Under the pieces are notes generated by a model. It had not been told where the DNA came from. It did not search any database and worked only from the letters and a program-made list of their open reading frames with translations. From positions 235,979,741 through 236,043,740 of the forward strand of contig CM041465.1 in assembly GCA_023213395.1 (NCBI GenBank): DNA of 64,000 nucleotides, in the 5' to 3' direction. Numbering within the stretch: position 1 is the stretch's first letter; each line of letters starts with the position of its first letter. The position numbers and the translations under genes were made by a program. This stretch comes from Cycas panzhihuaensis (Eukaryota; Plantae; Cycadophyta). Shown here one piece after another: positions 12,401-24,700 of this stretch.

Positions 12401-13064
12401 TGATAGAGAAGGATTTCCCTTTCTCGGTGGGTTGGGAAAGCGCCCTTCAAAAATCATAGTGACTAAGGCAAACAAGGATGGTCTTGGGGAGTGGTAGAAT
12501 CTCTGAAGGAGGGTTATCCAAAGGAGGATCAAGTTGGAAAGAAAAAAAGGCACTTATGGCCTTTTTAGTCGCTTGAGACCAAGTCAAACCATATAGGGGT
12601 GTGGTCTTAAGTATCTAAATAACTCTCTTTACCTTATTCCAAGACCAATAAGGAGAAGGGGTTTCATGGTAAGAACCAAAAAAGGAGGAGGAGCTTCTTG
12701 CCCCCTTCCCCTTAGCCTACATAGGACATGGGTTAGGAGATATTCTCCTATTCTAATTCCCCTTTTGGTAGGTGTGTTGATCTCGTTCCCTGTGTTTAAA
12801 GAAGGGATCTCTATGAATGAGTTGGTCTAGGTTAGGCCTATACACCCATTTGGGAGAGGAATCTAGATGTGGGGTAGATTTAGAGTGTTGTGCCTAACAT
12901 TATGAATCCTTATGGAAACACTCACCATGAATGGAGCACCACTTCTTCTCTAAGGAAGGGTTCATCTTCCTTGTTTGAGAAGCACAAGTATTTCCATTCT
13001 TTAGAGGCACTACTTAGGAAGTTTGGTGAATAAGTTTATGAGAGGTTGGTTATGGAGGAAGAGC

Positions 13065-13850
13065 TTAGAGTTTAAGCTTCTTCATTGTACATTCAAAGGA
13101 ATATATAATGAAGGTCAAGAGGTCCAAATTCTTTTTTATTGAATGGGTTGAAGACTTTGGGGGTTGTTGAGTTTTAGTGTCACAAGACGGAGGGGGTGCT
13201 TTAGGTCTTTGTGATGGTTTGGGAGGTTTCTTGACACTCGCTTGGATATTAATAGCCATGAGAGCCAAATACTTAGCTATGGAAGAGTCACACATTGTTG
13301 CCCCTATTTTGAGGACCTCAACATGTACCTTGAGATAAAGATAGTTTAAGAAAATATCTTTTTTTAGCTCCTTAGGTAAGGTGGCCTTCATGGAGTGAAG
13401 GAGATCATGAAAAAACCTAACAAAGTCACGATTTATCTCCTTATGACCTTGTTTAATGGATAATAAGACCTTCATCCCACTCTCAAAGGGATGATCAATG
13501 TTAAAGTAGTTGATGAACTCATCTACGAGTTACTAGACTGAGTGGATTGAATGAGCGAGAAGGCGATAGAACCACTTAAGGGCATCACCTTTCAAGATTG
13601 AATGAGCGAGAAGGCAATAGAACCACTTGAGGGCATCGCCTTTCAAGGAATATAGAAAGAGCTTTATCAGGATATGATCATAGGCCCAATAGTTAATACA
13701 CACCATAGAAAAACTCTGAATATATTATGTTGGGTCTTGAGAAGAGGTTCCATCAAACTTAGGTACCTCAAGAGGGTGAGGCAGTAAGTTGGTCCTTAAT
13801 GCCTCAATGGATAAAGGGGTTGACCTATAGTCAATGAAGGGATGGTCCCT
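13065..13850 (-). pseudogene. gag (retrotransposon capsid region) of element B
   Basis: PKFDGTSSQDP...LIKLFLYSLKGDALKWFY...EFINYF...LLSIKQGHKEINRDFVRFF. Confidence 0.8.
13545..13646. repeat. 51-bp in-frame tandem duplication in gag
   Basis: gattgaatgagcgagaaggc(g/a)atagaaccactt(a/g)agggcatc(a/g)cctttcaa occurs twice with 3 transition differences. Confidence 0.95.
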
Positions 13851-15664
13851 TGGTTGAACCGTTGGGTCAACAAAAGATGAAGGAGGAGGTGGGCATGGAT
13901 GCCTAAATCCTCCTTAGGAGGTTTGACCAAAAAGGGGATATGAACTCCATCCCACTTGGTGGGAAGGGACTAATCCTATATGTGAAGGAACTGGGAGAGA
14001 GGGGGATGGGTTGGAAGGACCCATCCCCTCTTAGAGGTATGCCCCTTATTGAAAGGGGACTTGGGAGATGGAGCCTTGAGAAGGGACTTGTCCTCCTTAT
14101 GAAGGCACCACATATGAAGAGATGCAAGAAGAGGAAGCAGGCGTGTCTGGGATTGGATTCTACCCATATGGACCACCTATAGGTGGTGCAATACCATATG
14201 GGTGAAGGGGGTCTAACCCATAGATAGGAAGAAGATTCCACTTTCCATGCCCCCATGGTTGGGAGGTGTATCATGGGGGTACATAAAGAGATAAATCCTT
14301 AAGGTTTAGTTTGGGAGCATGTGGGGACTTATCCCACGTGGCTAGAAGAAGGGGGACATGTAGCCCTCCTAGGTCTAATAGAAGATGGATGGATTAAGGT
14401 TGGTTGAGGTGTGGGTTACCTGGCTAGAAGGAGGTATACTCAACCTAATTTAGGAAGTGGGCATACCTCGAGTGGCCCCTAAAGCATGATGTCCATAAGA
14501 GGAGGAAGAAGTGATGAGGGATGGCCCCATTATGGATATCAAGGCTGAGTGAGAAGAATATGGAGGTGCGAATGAGGAAGAGGAGGGCACTATGCTTCGT
14601 AAGATGCTCTCCAACCAATTGGAAGGTAGTTGGAGACTAGCAGCTTGGAAACATTGATGAAGTGCTTCCACCACATCTATAAGAGGGGTTTCCACTTGCT
14701 CATATGAGGTTGAAGGCTCCTCATATGAAGTGGACCCCACAAGGTGATCCTCATGGGCGTTGTCACCAAGGTGATGATATCCTATGGGGGAAGAAGCTTC
14801 CATATCGTGTATGGGAAGATGATGGACATTTGGGTGCTCTTAATCATTGGAATAGAAGATAGGGTCTTCACCCTCTTGGGTGGGACCCTGGAAAGAGGTT
14901 GAAGGTTGTTAGGTTTCAGAAACATAGGCATGATAATCCCAATCCAAAGAGAATCCCTCCATAACTGATTCAAAATTAGATAAAGGAAGGGGAGAATAGG
15001 GTGAGTCTTCCAAACAAGGAGGAAGGCCTTATAAGCAATGAGAGAATCATCACATTCAAGTCCCTCCTAAGGTTTGGAAAAAAGAGGGGCAAGTAGAATA
15101 AATAATGTTGGGGGTTGCCCAACAAATCAGGAAGGGATGCTAAAAGGAGAGGCAATTCCAACATGAAGGGAACTAGGATATTTCCTTTACTAGCAAGTCC
15201 CTAGTATGGTTGTTAGTGGAAGCACACCTCTGGGGGGTCACTATACATGAGGGGATCAAGCCTACATAATCATTAAATAAAGGGCTTAAAGATCCTTAAA
15301 AGTAGAGGAATAGGTCACCCAAAAAGGGCATCCGTGTATCAAAACATAGGTTCGAGGACGCATAAATGGCACCTAAGACCCTCCCTTTAGGCATGTACCT
15401 TCTTAGATTCGAAATGGGCAAAGGCATCCTTGGTTTACCAAGTAGCCTTAAAGGGGACTCTGCTATTCTAACAGGTTGAGGAAGATGAGAGAAGATAAAA
15501 GGGGTTTTTCCAAGGACGAAGGGAAAAGAAAAGGTGGGCCCTAGCGCAAAAAGGGTGCTTATGGAGTGAGAGAGGGATAGTAAGTAGAGAGGGTGCAAAA
15601 ATGAGATTTAGTGTAAGAAAACCAACTCCTAGATGGGGTAAGGCAAGTAGGATCCCTTACCAAA

Positions 15665-18600
15665 TGTTACCTAGAGGGAATGCCCCTAGGGATTATATGC
15701 ACTGGGCAGGTGGCTAAGTATGCCAGAAGTTTTGAGATATGCTTTTGTTTTACTTAAGAAAGTAATGTAGAGATGTGAAATACTATTGCCACTAAATCAT
15801 CACAATTTAAAGGAAAAGAAAACTCTCTTCTTTATCTCTTGTTTCCTTTCTCTCCTTTTCTTTTATGAATGAAAAGACAAGGGAACAAAGGGGAAGAGAA
15901 AATACAAGAAAATAGTGCAACAACTAGTACAATTTATTTTAATGATGCATGGGAAGAAAAGATAACTATTAAGAGGCTTAAATCCCTTTATGTCCCTACC
16001 CTATTAAGTGCAAAGAGCATGCAAAGGAGAGGGGAATGCAATAAGGGGAAAGAAACTATTTTGTTACTCTTCCCTAAGTATGTAATTTGGGTGGTGTATC
16101 AAATCAAACTACCCTTGTATGAATGCCCATGTAATAATATGGAGAAAGAAAGTGGAGTCAATGCATTCCAATGAAATGGATGACTTCCTTCCTAATGAAA
16201 ATTAAGTGGATGATCTACAAGTAAGAAAAAAATGCATGCAACCTTTTCTTTTCTTTCCTTTTAAGAGAGGGGGAAAAAGGGTAAGAAAGAAGGAGGAGTT
16301 GGTGGAGGTGCACCTAAAACCAAGTCAGTTGGAGAAGTGTGCCTCTCTTCCTTCTTCATGATCTCTTTACCGGTCACCTCACACTCTTTTTCATGGTTGT
16401 AGTTATAGGTGGAATGCTAGTAGGGCTTCCTTACCTTCCCCAAGATGCTTATGCAAAAATAAAATAAGAAAAGTTTGCAAGAATAAAGTTGAAAGGAAAA
16501 TGAAGTGCACGTACCTTTCACTACAATTCCTGCTTTCTTTAGAAAGCAAAACCTACTTAATAGATTAACTTCCCTTCTATAAGAGGCTAGATGTACATAT
16601 GGAAGCAAGTAGATATTTATACATACATATGCTTACCAAAAGAAAAATTTGATCTTGCTTTTGTGATTTTAGAAGGAAACAATATACTATTCAATCTCTC
16701 TTAATATGCATGTAAAACCTTCAATCAAACTTTTAGAAGGGAAAATTGGGGGTAAAGAGAATGAGAAAGAAAGCCTCAGAATGGCCAACCCTCCCAAATA
16801 GGGCATCTCCATGCACTTAAGTGCTCTAAGCAACCAAATTAAGCAAAGGATCATGGTTTCTAAGCAAATCAAGAAAGGTAACAAAGTTTGTAAGAATAAA
16901 AGTTATAAAAGCCACAAAAGCTGTAAATGTCATAAAAGTTGCAATGTTGCAACTTTTGCAAGATTTGCAAGATAAGATAAGAATCCCACAAACTACAAGA
17001 TCTATTAAGACATCAAATTTTTGATGATATGTGAGGGCTAGTTACAGGCATTACAAGTGGTTGCCAATGCTACAACTAGTAAGATCCTTCACCATAAGGG
17101 TTTCTAGGTACGCAAGGTGGATATGAGATGGGTGAAGTGAGAAATGTAGAGGGTTGCCCTAGAAGATGTGACTAAGAGGGTCAGAACCCTATCCTTAGGA
17201 TCCTCTTTTTTCCTTTCTACAAAATCCCATAACCCACTTGTTGGTGGCCCAAGAGGAACCTTAAGAGGTGAGAAGGATGGGTGAGGGGAAGTAAGGGTTT
17301 GCCTTCCTTTAAAATGATCCAAGAAGCAAATATATGGAGGTTGTTTTCAGGTAATCTGAGAATAATATTCATGAAATACCCTTGCTAAAAGAAGAAACAA
17401 TAAGGTGCAGGCCTGAAATCACTGCTAAAACTATTTTAGACTAGATATTACCTCATAGACTGGTTGGAGGAGAAGGATCCCTCCTAGTGGGTGGAGGAAA
17501 GCTCCACTTAGCATCACAAAGAAGATGAGAAACCTATAAAAACCTAGAGTGATGGCTAGAGAGAACTTAAGAGAAAAAACCTATTAGAAATGGACTACTA
17601 TAGATCTACAACTTAGGGTTTTTACCCTAAGGGAAGAATGAGACAGGAGAGAAGAGCAGGAGATAGCAGTTGTAGACGTCTCTTTCTTTCTCAAATGAAC
17701 CAAGAGAGCAAAATGAGTTTGAAATTGGATTTTTGTACCCAATTTTAGTCTATCGAGCGATTAGGGATTTCCCTCGGTGAGAAATAGCCCACTGCCATAT
17801 GTCAATTTCACAATAAGTGCAAAACTGGCCATTGCTAGGTTGATGATTCAAATGGACAGTTGCATCACATCAAATTTTGTAGTACTAGGAAGTTTACTGC
17901 GATACCATGAATAGTGCCATGGTGCACACAAAACATAGGAGAAAAATAAAGGAGGGCCTATGAGGCCCCTAAATGAAAGGTCCTAGACCCAAATAGAGTA
18001 GAATACTAGGCTAGAAAGGCATCTAGGAGACTTTTAAGTGCTGATGGATCCTCAATAAGCAAAGAAAAGGTGGTGATTAGGTCCCAACGTAGGAGAAGTG
18101 GAAAGTGTGAGGGTGACCAAACTTATGATGGGGTATTAGGGATCACGCAATGCTAAAAGATGATCAAAAGTAGGCTATGGGAGCCCTAAAGTACTTAAGA
18201 GTGCTGTGGAGGTGTGATGGAGGGCTATATTATTCCACGGGATGTTTGTCCCAAGTCATCATAGGCTAAAATAATAGTTATAAGCACAAAGGAGCAGGCA
18301 AGCTAAGCATATTAACCATGCAAATAATCAATACCATGCAGAATGCATCTAATGAATATCTAATTACATTTTGAAGTAAGTGAAGGGCGAGGTTAAAGAC
18401 ATTCTTATGCTTACTTAGGAGGTGTCATACATGTCCATTCCTAATAGCTAAGAAATATCTACCAAAATAACTTCATAAATCCATTGATAAATTGAATAAC
18501 CCACTTGTGAATAATCAAAAGTAAACACCCAAATGTATACATGAATAACACACTTGGGGATCAAAAGGAGGGAATACCATGCAAGGTTTAGACTCACCTT
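15665..18600 (-). repeat. 5' LTR of element B (upper boundary approximate)
   Basis: CA terminus at 15665. Homologous to 1700-4511 and 54241-57200; the shared 16-mer is at 16425-16440. Confidence 0.6.
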
Positions 18601-18739
18601 AGCATCATATATAAATCATGAAGAAGTAATAAAGATTAATATACATTATATATTAGTTATATACTATAATATCATACGTCAACGACCTCCTCTATTAAAA
18701 GGGGAAATGATCATAATAAATATCATGGATTCTTAGAGC

Positions 18740-20470
18740 TCCCTTGATCTCTCTTTTCTACTTGTCCATAGCCTTGAGATCCCTCTCCTCTCTACATGAT
18801 GGTATGACCTTGTCGAATGCTCTAGTTGGCTACAGGAGTCACTCATCTAGTGGCCTATAGTATCAGCATCCTCCTGAGGTGTCATCTCTCATCATCTGTA
18901 GCTTGGATTTATGCCTTTAAATCCTTCACCTCTATCTCATGAGTTGCCAACTATCATCATAACTTAACCTTTTACATAACCATATGGGCCTCCCGTATTG
19001 CCATACAAGCCTCTAATACCCTATACAAATCTCAGGATCTTATAATAGAGGTAAAATGCTAAGTATGCAACCCTAAAAACTCTAGATCCCTATCCTACCA
19101 TAGTGGTAGATCCCTTGGTCCAATACAAATGATAAGAGGCTATTAAGTGTATGCCTTACGAAGACACCTTCCAACCTATCTCCATATGTACATATAATTA
19201 AACATCAAATAATCAAATTATTTATCAATAAAAAATGAAAAAATAATTATGTAAATAATCATTTTAACTTAAAACAATAAACATCATGTACATATTATCA
19301 ATTACTTAGGCATCCCTAGATATTGGATTAATGATCTCCTCTTGATGCTCCTCACCCATAATAATCTCTCTTAGGTGAGCCTCATCACCATCTCCCATTG
19401 TGCTAGCTTTGACTCCTCCCATATTACCTCCTTGAGCTAGCTCACCAGCTCCATCTTCTTCTATGGGAGCTATCTCTCCCTCAACATTACCATCACTGCC
19501 CTTGTAAGTGGTTTGTCCTCCTCCTTCTCCTCTTGGTGGAGGAGTTGGTGCTTCTCCATCCCCTGTTGCCACCTTGTCACCTAATCCTCCTTTATCTCCT
19601 TGTCCTTCTTCTTCCCTTCCCTCTAGTGGAGGAAGTGGTCCTCGTATCTCTATTCCATCTACCTCATCATCTAACCATAGGGCATCCCCTCATATGGGTT
19701 CATAACCCATTGGTTATGAATCATCTAATCTAACTTTGGGCTATTGAGTGTATGCTAGCCCCTTCCTATATATCTATAATCTTATCTACCATTGGTTCAT
19801 CATTGGATCTATCATTGTTAGCTCTCTAGGTCCTTCTCCTAGTTGAGTCAATAGAATATGATCATATAACTAGCACACTAGAATAGATATATAAGAGAAT
19901 CCCCTTCTCCATTACACTAAATCTAGGATAATTGGTAGTGCATGCTATCTAATACATACTGGGCCTAGTTATACCTAACCTCTAACTCACCCTATATAAC
20001 AGTACTCACCCATTGACCTAAAAGACCTATAAAGTTCTAGGTTCATTTGGATTATGGGGATAGCCCTCACATGCCTAAAGGCTCATACACTAACTCCATG
20101 CCTCCTAATGTGTCCTCTCTCCCTCATCATATATTAACTAATGGTTGTCCTCTCCTCCTCCACTACCACTGTCAATGGGGCTAGACTCTCCCCATGATAA
20201 TAAATGCCCAAGATCCTCCCTACCTTGCTCACTCTAATCTTCAAATCTCTGAGTCCTCTAAATCAAAATACTTTTTCTCTAGGAGTCTAATAGTTAACCA
20301 AGTCATGAAGTATTTTAACTTCCATCATAAGCTAAATTGATCTACTCACCTGAGCCAACCTATAATAATGAAGGAACTACCTCTTAGCCAATGATGACCT
20401 ATCTAGTATTACATCTAAACTAGGTCCCTCATTCTCCTAGGTATTAATATGATCCAATATCAATCATCTA
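18740..20470 (-). pseudogene. Plant mobile domain (PMD, aminotransferase-like) gene remnant with intron 19176-19305 and coiled-coil exon
   Basis: ILHDLVNY*TPREKVF*FRGLRDLKIRVSKVGRILGIYYHGESL (~20180-20320) resembles the PMD motif L..W....H.FHLP.G...IT..DV..LLG.P..G. It is followed by an acidic low-complexity linker, an AT-rich GT-AG segment, and LATHEIEVKDLKA. Confidence 0.6.
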
Positions 20471-20564
20471 GATAAACAACTAGTATCAAACTACTAAACT
20501 TTTCAATCAGAATTTAAAATTCTTTTAAAAGTTTTAAACCTTTTCTTTATTATGATTTTCATTT

Positions 20565-20702
20565 AAAAAATGTGAACTTCCTTTTAAAAATATGACCTTA
20601 CCTTAAAAACTATAACCTTCATTTCCAAAACATGACCTCATTGTCAAAATTATGATCTCTCTTTAAAAAACATAACTACTTTATAACTAAAAATATGATC
20701 AA
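20565..20702. repeat. Degenerate ~20-bp tandem array (core AAAAnATGACCT, ~7 units); related units at 22145-22265
   Basis: aaaatgtgaact / aaaatatgacct / aaaactataacct / aaaacatgacct / aaaattatgatct / aaaacataact / aaaatatgatc. Confidence 0.65.
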
Positions 20703-21762
20703 CTTATTCATCATATATTTTATCTAACTAGTCATTTTCTTCAAAGAGAGTTTATATCTTTTATTTGAATCCTACAATTTTTGTATTAACACTTGCATTT
20801 CTTTACAAAATATCATAAAATAAAATATATATATAGTTGAGAACTTACCATGTATCTCATCTATCAAGCCATGCCATTAGTTTAGACATCCTACAACTTC
20901 TTGATCTAAAATTTAATGGCTAGATCCTCTTTAATACTTTGATATGGTCTTTAGCAAAGCTCTATTCCCAATCCTCTCAACTTGTAAATGATTCCTTTTC
21001 TCATTTAAACTAGAATATAATCCCTAACCCCCTAATTGGCACACACCTTGAAAAGATCTTCTTTTACTACTAAAACGTCCTTAGATAAATCCTTGATCAA
21101 TTTTAATCACCAAATCTAATTCTCACCTAGTTAGTAAGCCTACTATGTTCAATCTTCACATTGCACTTATGCTTATAAAACTGTTATTTTTCCCTAAAAT
21201 TCACTTTCTCAAAATATAGTCAAAAGGACCCATTTTTTCTCCACATCACATTTTCTTTACCCACTTAGTTGCCACAAATCAACCTTCAATAGTACCCTCT
21301 AAAACCTCATAATGTTGTCCTACAAGGCTTGAGATGATTGTTAAAGAGGTAAAACTATGGCGACTTTTCCTCAAAAAATCATTTGTTAATGAGGATAAAC
21401 TATGGTGGGTCCTCTAAATATCAACCATTAATGAGTAAAACTATGATAGACACTCTCTTATATATAAGATCGTTTTTACACTAAAAATAAAAAATACTAA
21501 AAATACAGAAAAAAAAAAAAAAAAATCCAAAAGCTTTCTATGTAGTTAGTGAGTTATAAGTCACCAGAAGATATTTAGTTATACCTACATCATCCAAGTT
21601 ACCTAATTCCCTCAGCCATCCCCATCCTTATTTATGATTAAACAACTTAATTGATATCTTTGGTTCCCTAAGTTTCCAAATAACTTAGTATTAGCAAGGT
21701 TGACAATGTTCACCATCCTACTTCAATATCATTCACAGAGCTTCCATTGCTAAGGGGGAAAA

Positions 21763-24700
21763 TGTTTTAATCAACTATGCCTTTCTTTTAATAATGGCTC
21801 AGTCTCTTACCTTATGTTTATTATTAGGATTTGACTAACTAACTACATGGTAGTGTAGAGAGTGCTTGGTATTTTGGCTAATTAAAATCATGCTGATTGT
21901 ACTTTTATGTGACTTATTTTGTCTATGATTGAATGATCATTATAGCGTTTGATGAATAAAAGCTAACTTAAAATGTTGCCAATTCATTCATCTTATTAAT
22001 CTAGTTGGTGACTATATGATGCCATTTCCTATTCATTTGCCCCTTTGATGACTTGATTGACTCTTTATTAGACCAAATCATTTCTTGGTGATGCCTTTCC
22101 CCTTTGAAATATTTAAATTTTGGTTAAAAAAAATTTATTTCAACCCAAAAAACTTGATCATATTTTTCATCCTGACTAAAATCATGATCATGTTTTTCAC
22201 CTTAGCCCAAAAATATGACCTCCTTAATAAAACATGATCTCTCTATAACTAAAAATGTGATCTCAATTTTCATCATATTTTAGGTTCATTTTTTGTCGTG
22301 TTTTTCATTATTTATCATATTTTTCACCTATCTATCCATTAAAAAAAAATTCCAATAGTGAGTTATTATTTTTTCCACTTGGTTTTCCTTCTTGCAGGTG
22401 ACCACAACTTGTCCTTTCCTAGAATTTATCCTTGGTTTATCTATTACCTCATTGTATAAGTATGTCTTTATCTTTTATTTAAATGATTCTTTTTGGAAAA
22501 TCTAGAGAAGCTTGGAAAGATAGATTTTTGTGGTGAGCCTTTACTACATGTTAGAGAGGATTACAATCCTCCATCATATGATGTTATGGTTAAAGATAAG
22601 GAAGTAGGGGATTATTTTTCATAGATATAGGAATATAATAATATAGAGGTGAGTGTTATATATATCTGCTTTATTATAAAATGAGAATATATAATGTTAT
22701 GTTAATGAATATTCTTAAGAACCTTATTATCTTCTTTATCTTTTTTCTTCTATTTTTCTTCATATTTTCCTATCTTGAATGGTTATAAGGATAGACCTAT
22801 AATAAGTGGTAATATAGCTATTACTAATCCATACAAGAGGTAGGGATCCATTTTATTACAAGTTCTAAAATAGGGCAATTTTTTAAAAAAGGTTTCTAGC
22901 ATGTGGAAGTTCTACTATTTGAGAGTATAAATTAAAACTTTTTAAAGAATCAACAAAGATTTCAAGATGAGAAGGCCTATTCCATAAATTTTGAGTGGTC
23001 ATAGTGTTGTTTTTTATAGGAAGTTATAGAAATTATAGGAAATTTAATTTTATGCTACTTTCTATCACCACATTTTAGGGCTAGATCTATTATCTAAACT
23101 TCAAATAGACATGACTTTAGTTACAAGTATCTAAATAACCTCAATTTTTTTTTTTATTATATGTGTTTTTTAATTTGTTTTCTAATGGATGTGGCTTTAG
23201 GTTGATCAAAGTCTAGGACAGAAAGCTAGGAGCATTTTACTCTCTGGTATTATGGTAGCCCCTAAAAACCCTAGTTGTGACCTTTCTTTATATGTTCATA
23301 ACTTTTGATCAAGATATTAGAATTTGATTTCATCTAAACCATTAGACTTGTATTTTATAAGCCATTATGCTAATCTATATTTTGTGTCTTTTTGATATTT
23401 TGTTTAGATACTAAATTTTGAAATTAAGGGTTTCATATGCTACTTTTCTTGGCTATTTAGGCTTTGGTCACAAAAATATTATACTTGAAGCCTAATATTT
23501 ATTTTGATATCAAAGTTTGGGGATAATTAGCTATAGAAAAACCCTAATCTCTCCCACATATATATTATCATGGCTACAAAAAGGTCCATATGATATACAT
23601 TTAATAAAGATAAGACTATTTTTGTAGATGATTAAGTTAGAGATATATATACATATTTAGAATCACTTGATAATGATTATAAGAGCAATAAAGAGATTAC
23701 TAAAGTAACCTTATTATATCTACAAGGAGAGGCTTGTCTTCAGTTTAAGGAGTGGTATAGATCTACTATATTCAATGGATTTTACTAGCTATAATAATTC
23801 ATCCATAAAAAATATAATGATTCTTGGTAGAAAAAGATGCAAAACCTTGAGCAAGAAAAATAAGAAGCTTGTTAACTCCTTAAGAAGTTCAATCGTAAGA
23901 TGGGGCAAATAATTCTCCTCACTCTATAAAGTCAAGAATAATAAAAGAATGATGAGGGAGAAACTAAATTTCAAGAGTAAGTATTAGAAGTTGTTTGCCA
24001 TCCCATACCATAGTCATAGGCAAGGACAAGGAAAAGTACCGCTCATCAAAAGTTAGAAGACATACTAAAGTGGGACCATATTGACACCCATATTATTAGG
24101 AGACTCAACATTGAAACACTCCTCATATAAATCCTTATAAACTAAGTACCCTATATAAGCATATCATTTAAGCTTAAGGTTTCAAAGTTATAGAGATTCT
24201 AGGCATATTAAGATCTACTTAGGATGGATAGAGCCCTATTATATGCACATCTTTTCTAACAACCTTCATTGAACCTATTGATTATACACAAGTAGTAAGA
24301 TTTTATTACATGTATCTATGTATCAAGATCCTTTTAAGGTGAAGCATCTAAGGGGAGAGAGCATGTGGTGATCCTTCAGCACATGTTAGAGATAGTTATG
24401 ACCTTCCATCATATGAGGTTAAGATTAAAGATAAGGAAGTGAAGGATTGGTTGGCATAGAGGTAGAAATATAATAATATGGAAATGAGTGTTATATATAT
24501 CCCACTCTATTGTAGAGTGACAATATAGGATGTTATGTTAATTAATGTTCTTTGGAACCTTATCTTTTTCTTTATCTTATTTCTTCTATTTCTCTATCTT
24601 GAATATTTACAAGGTTAGACCCATAACAATTTTACTCTAAGGAAGTGACTATAAATCCTTATAGCTTTCAATCACTCTCATGCTTCACATTGTATAAAGT

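Larger units (their letters stand above)
8812..18600 (-). mobile_element. Tat/Ogre-like Ty3/gypsy element B (5' LTR, leader, gag, pol), cut within integrase by the CRM-like insertion
   Basis: On the minus strand: LTR end ...GGTAACA at 15665, followed by TTTGG, then gag, PR, RT, RH and INT in order. The upper LTR boundary is approximate. Confidence 0.8.

Noticed and set aside
19306-19733. Pro/Ser-rich ORFs as independent genes (also 60179-60535 and 13903-14803)
   Set aside because: They are shadows of the low-complexity linker of the PMD gene or of the region upstream of the gag core.
21336-21451. CRISPR-like repeat-spacer array
   Set aside because: There are only three degenerate units in a eukaryotic retroelement context with no cas genes; the hairpin motif explains them.
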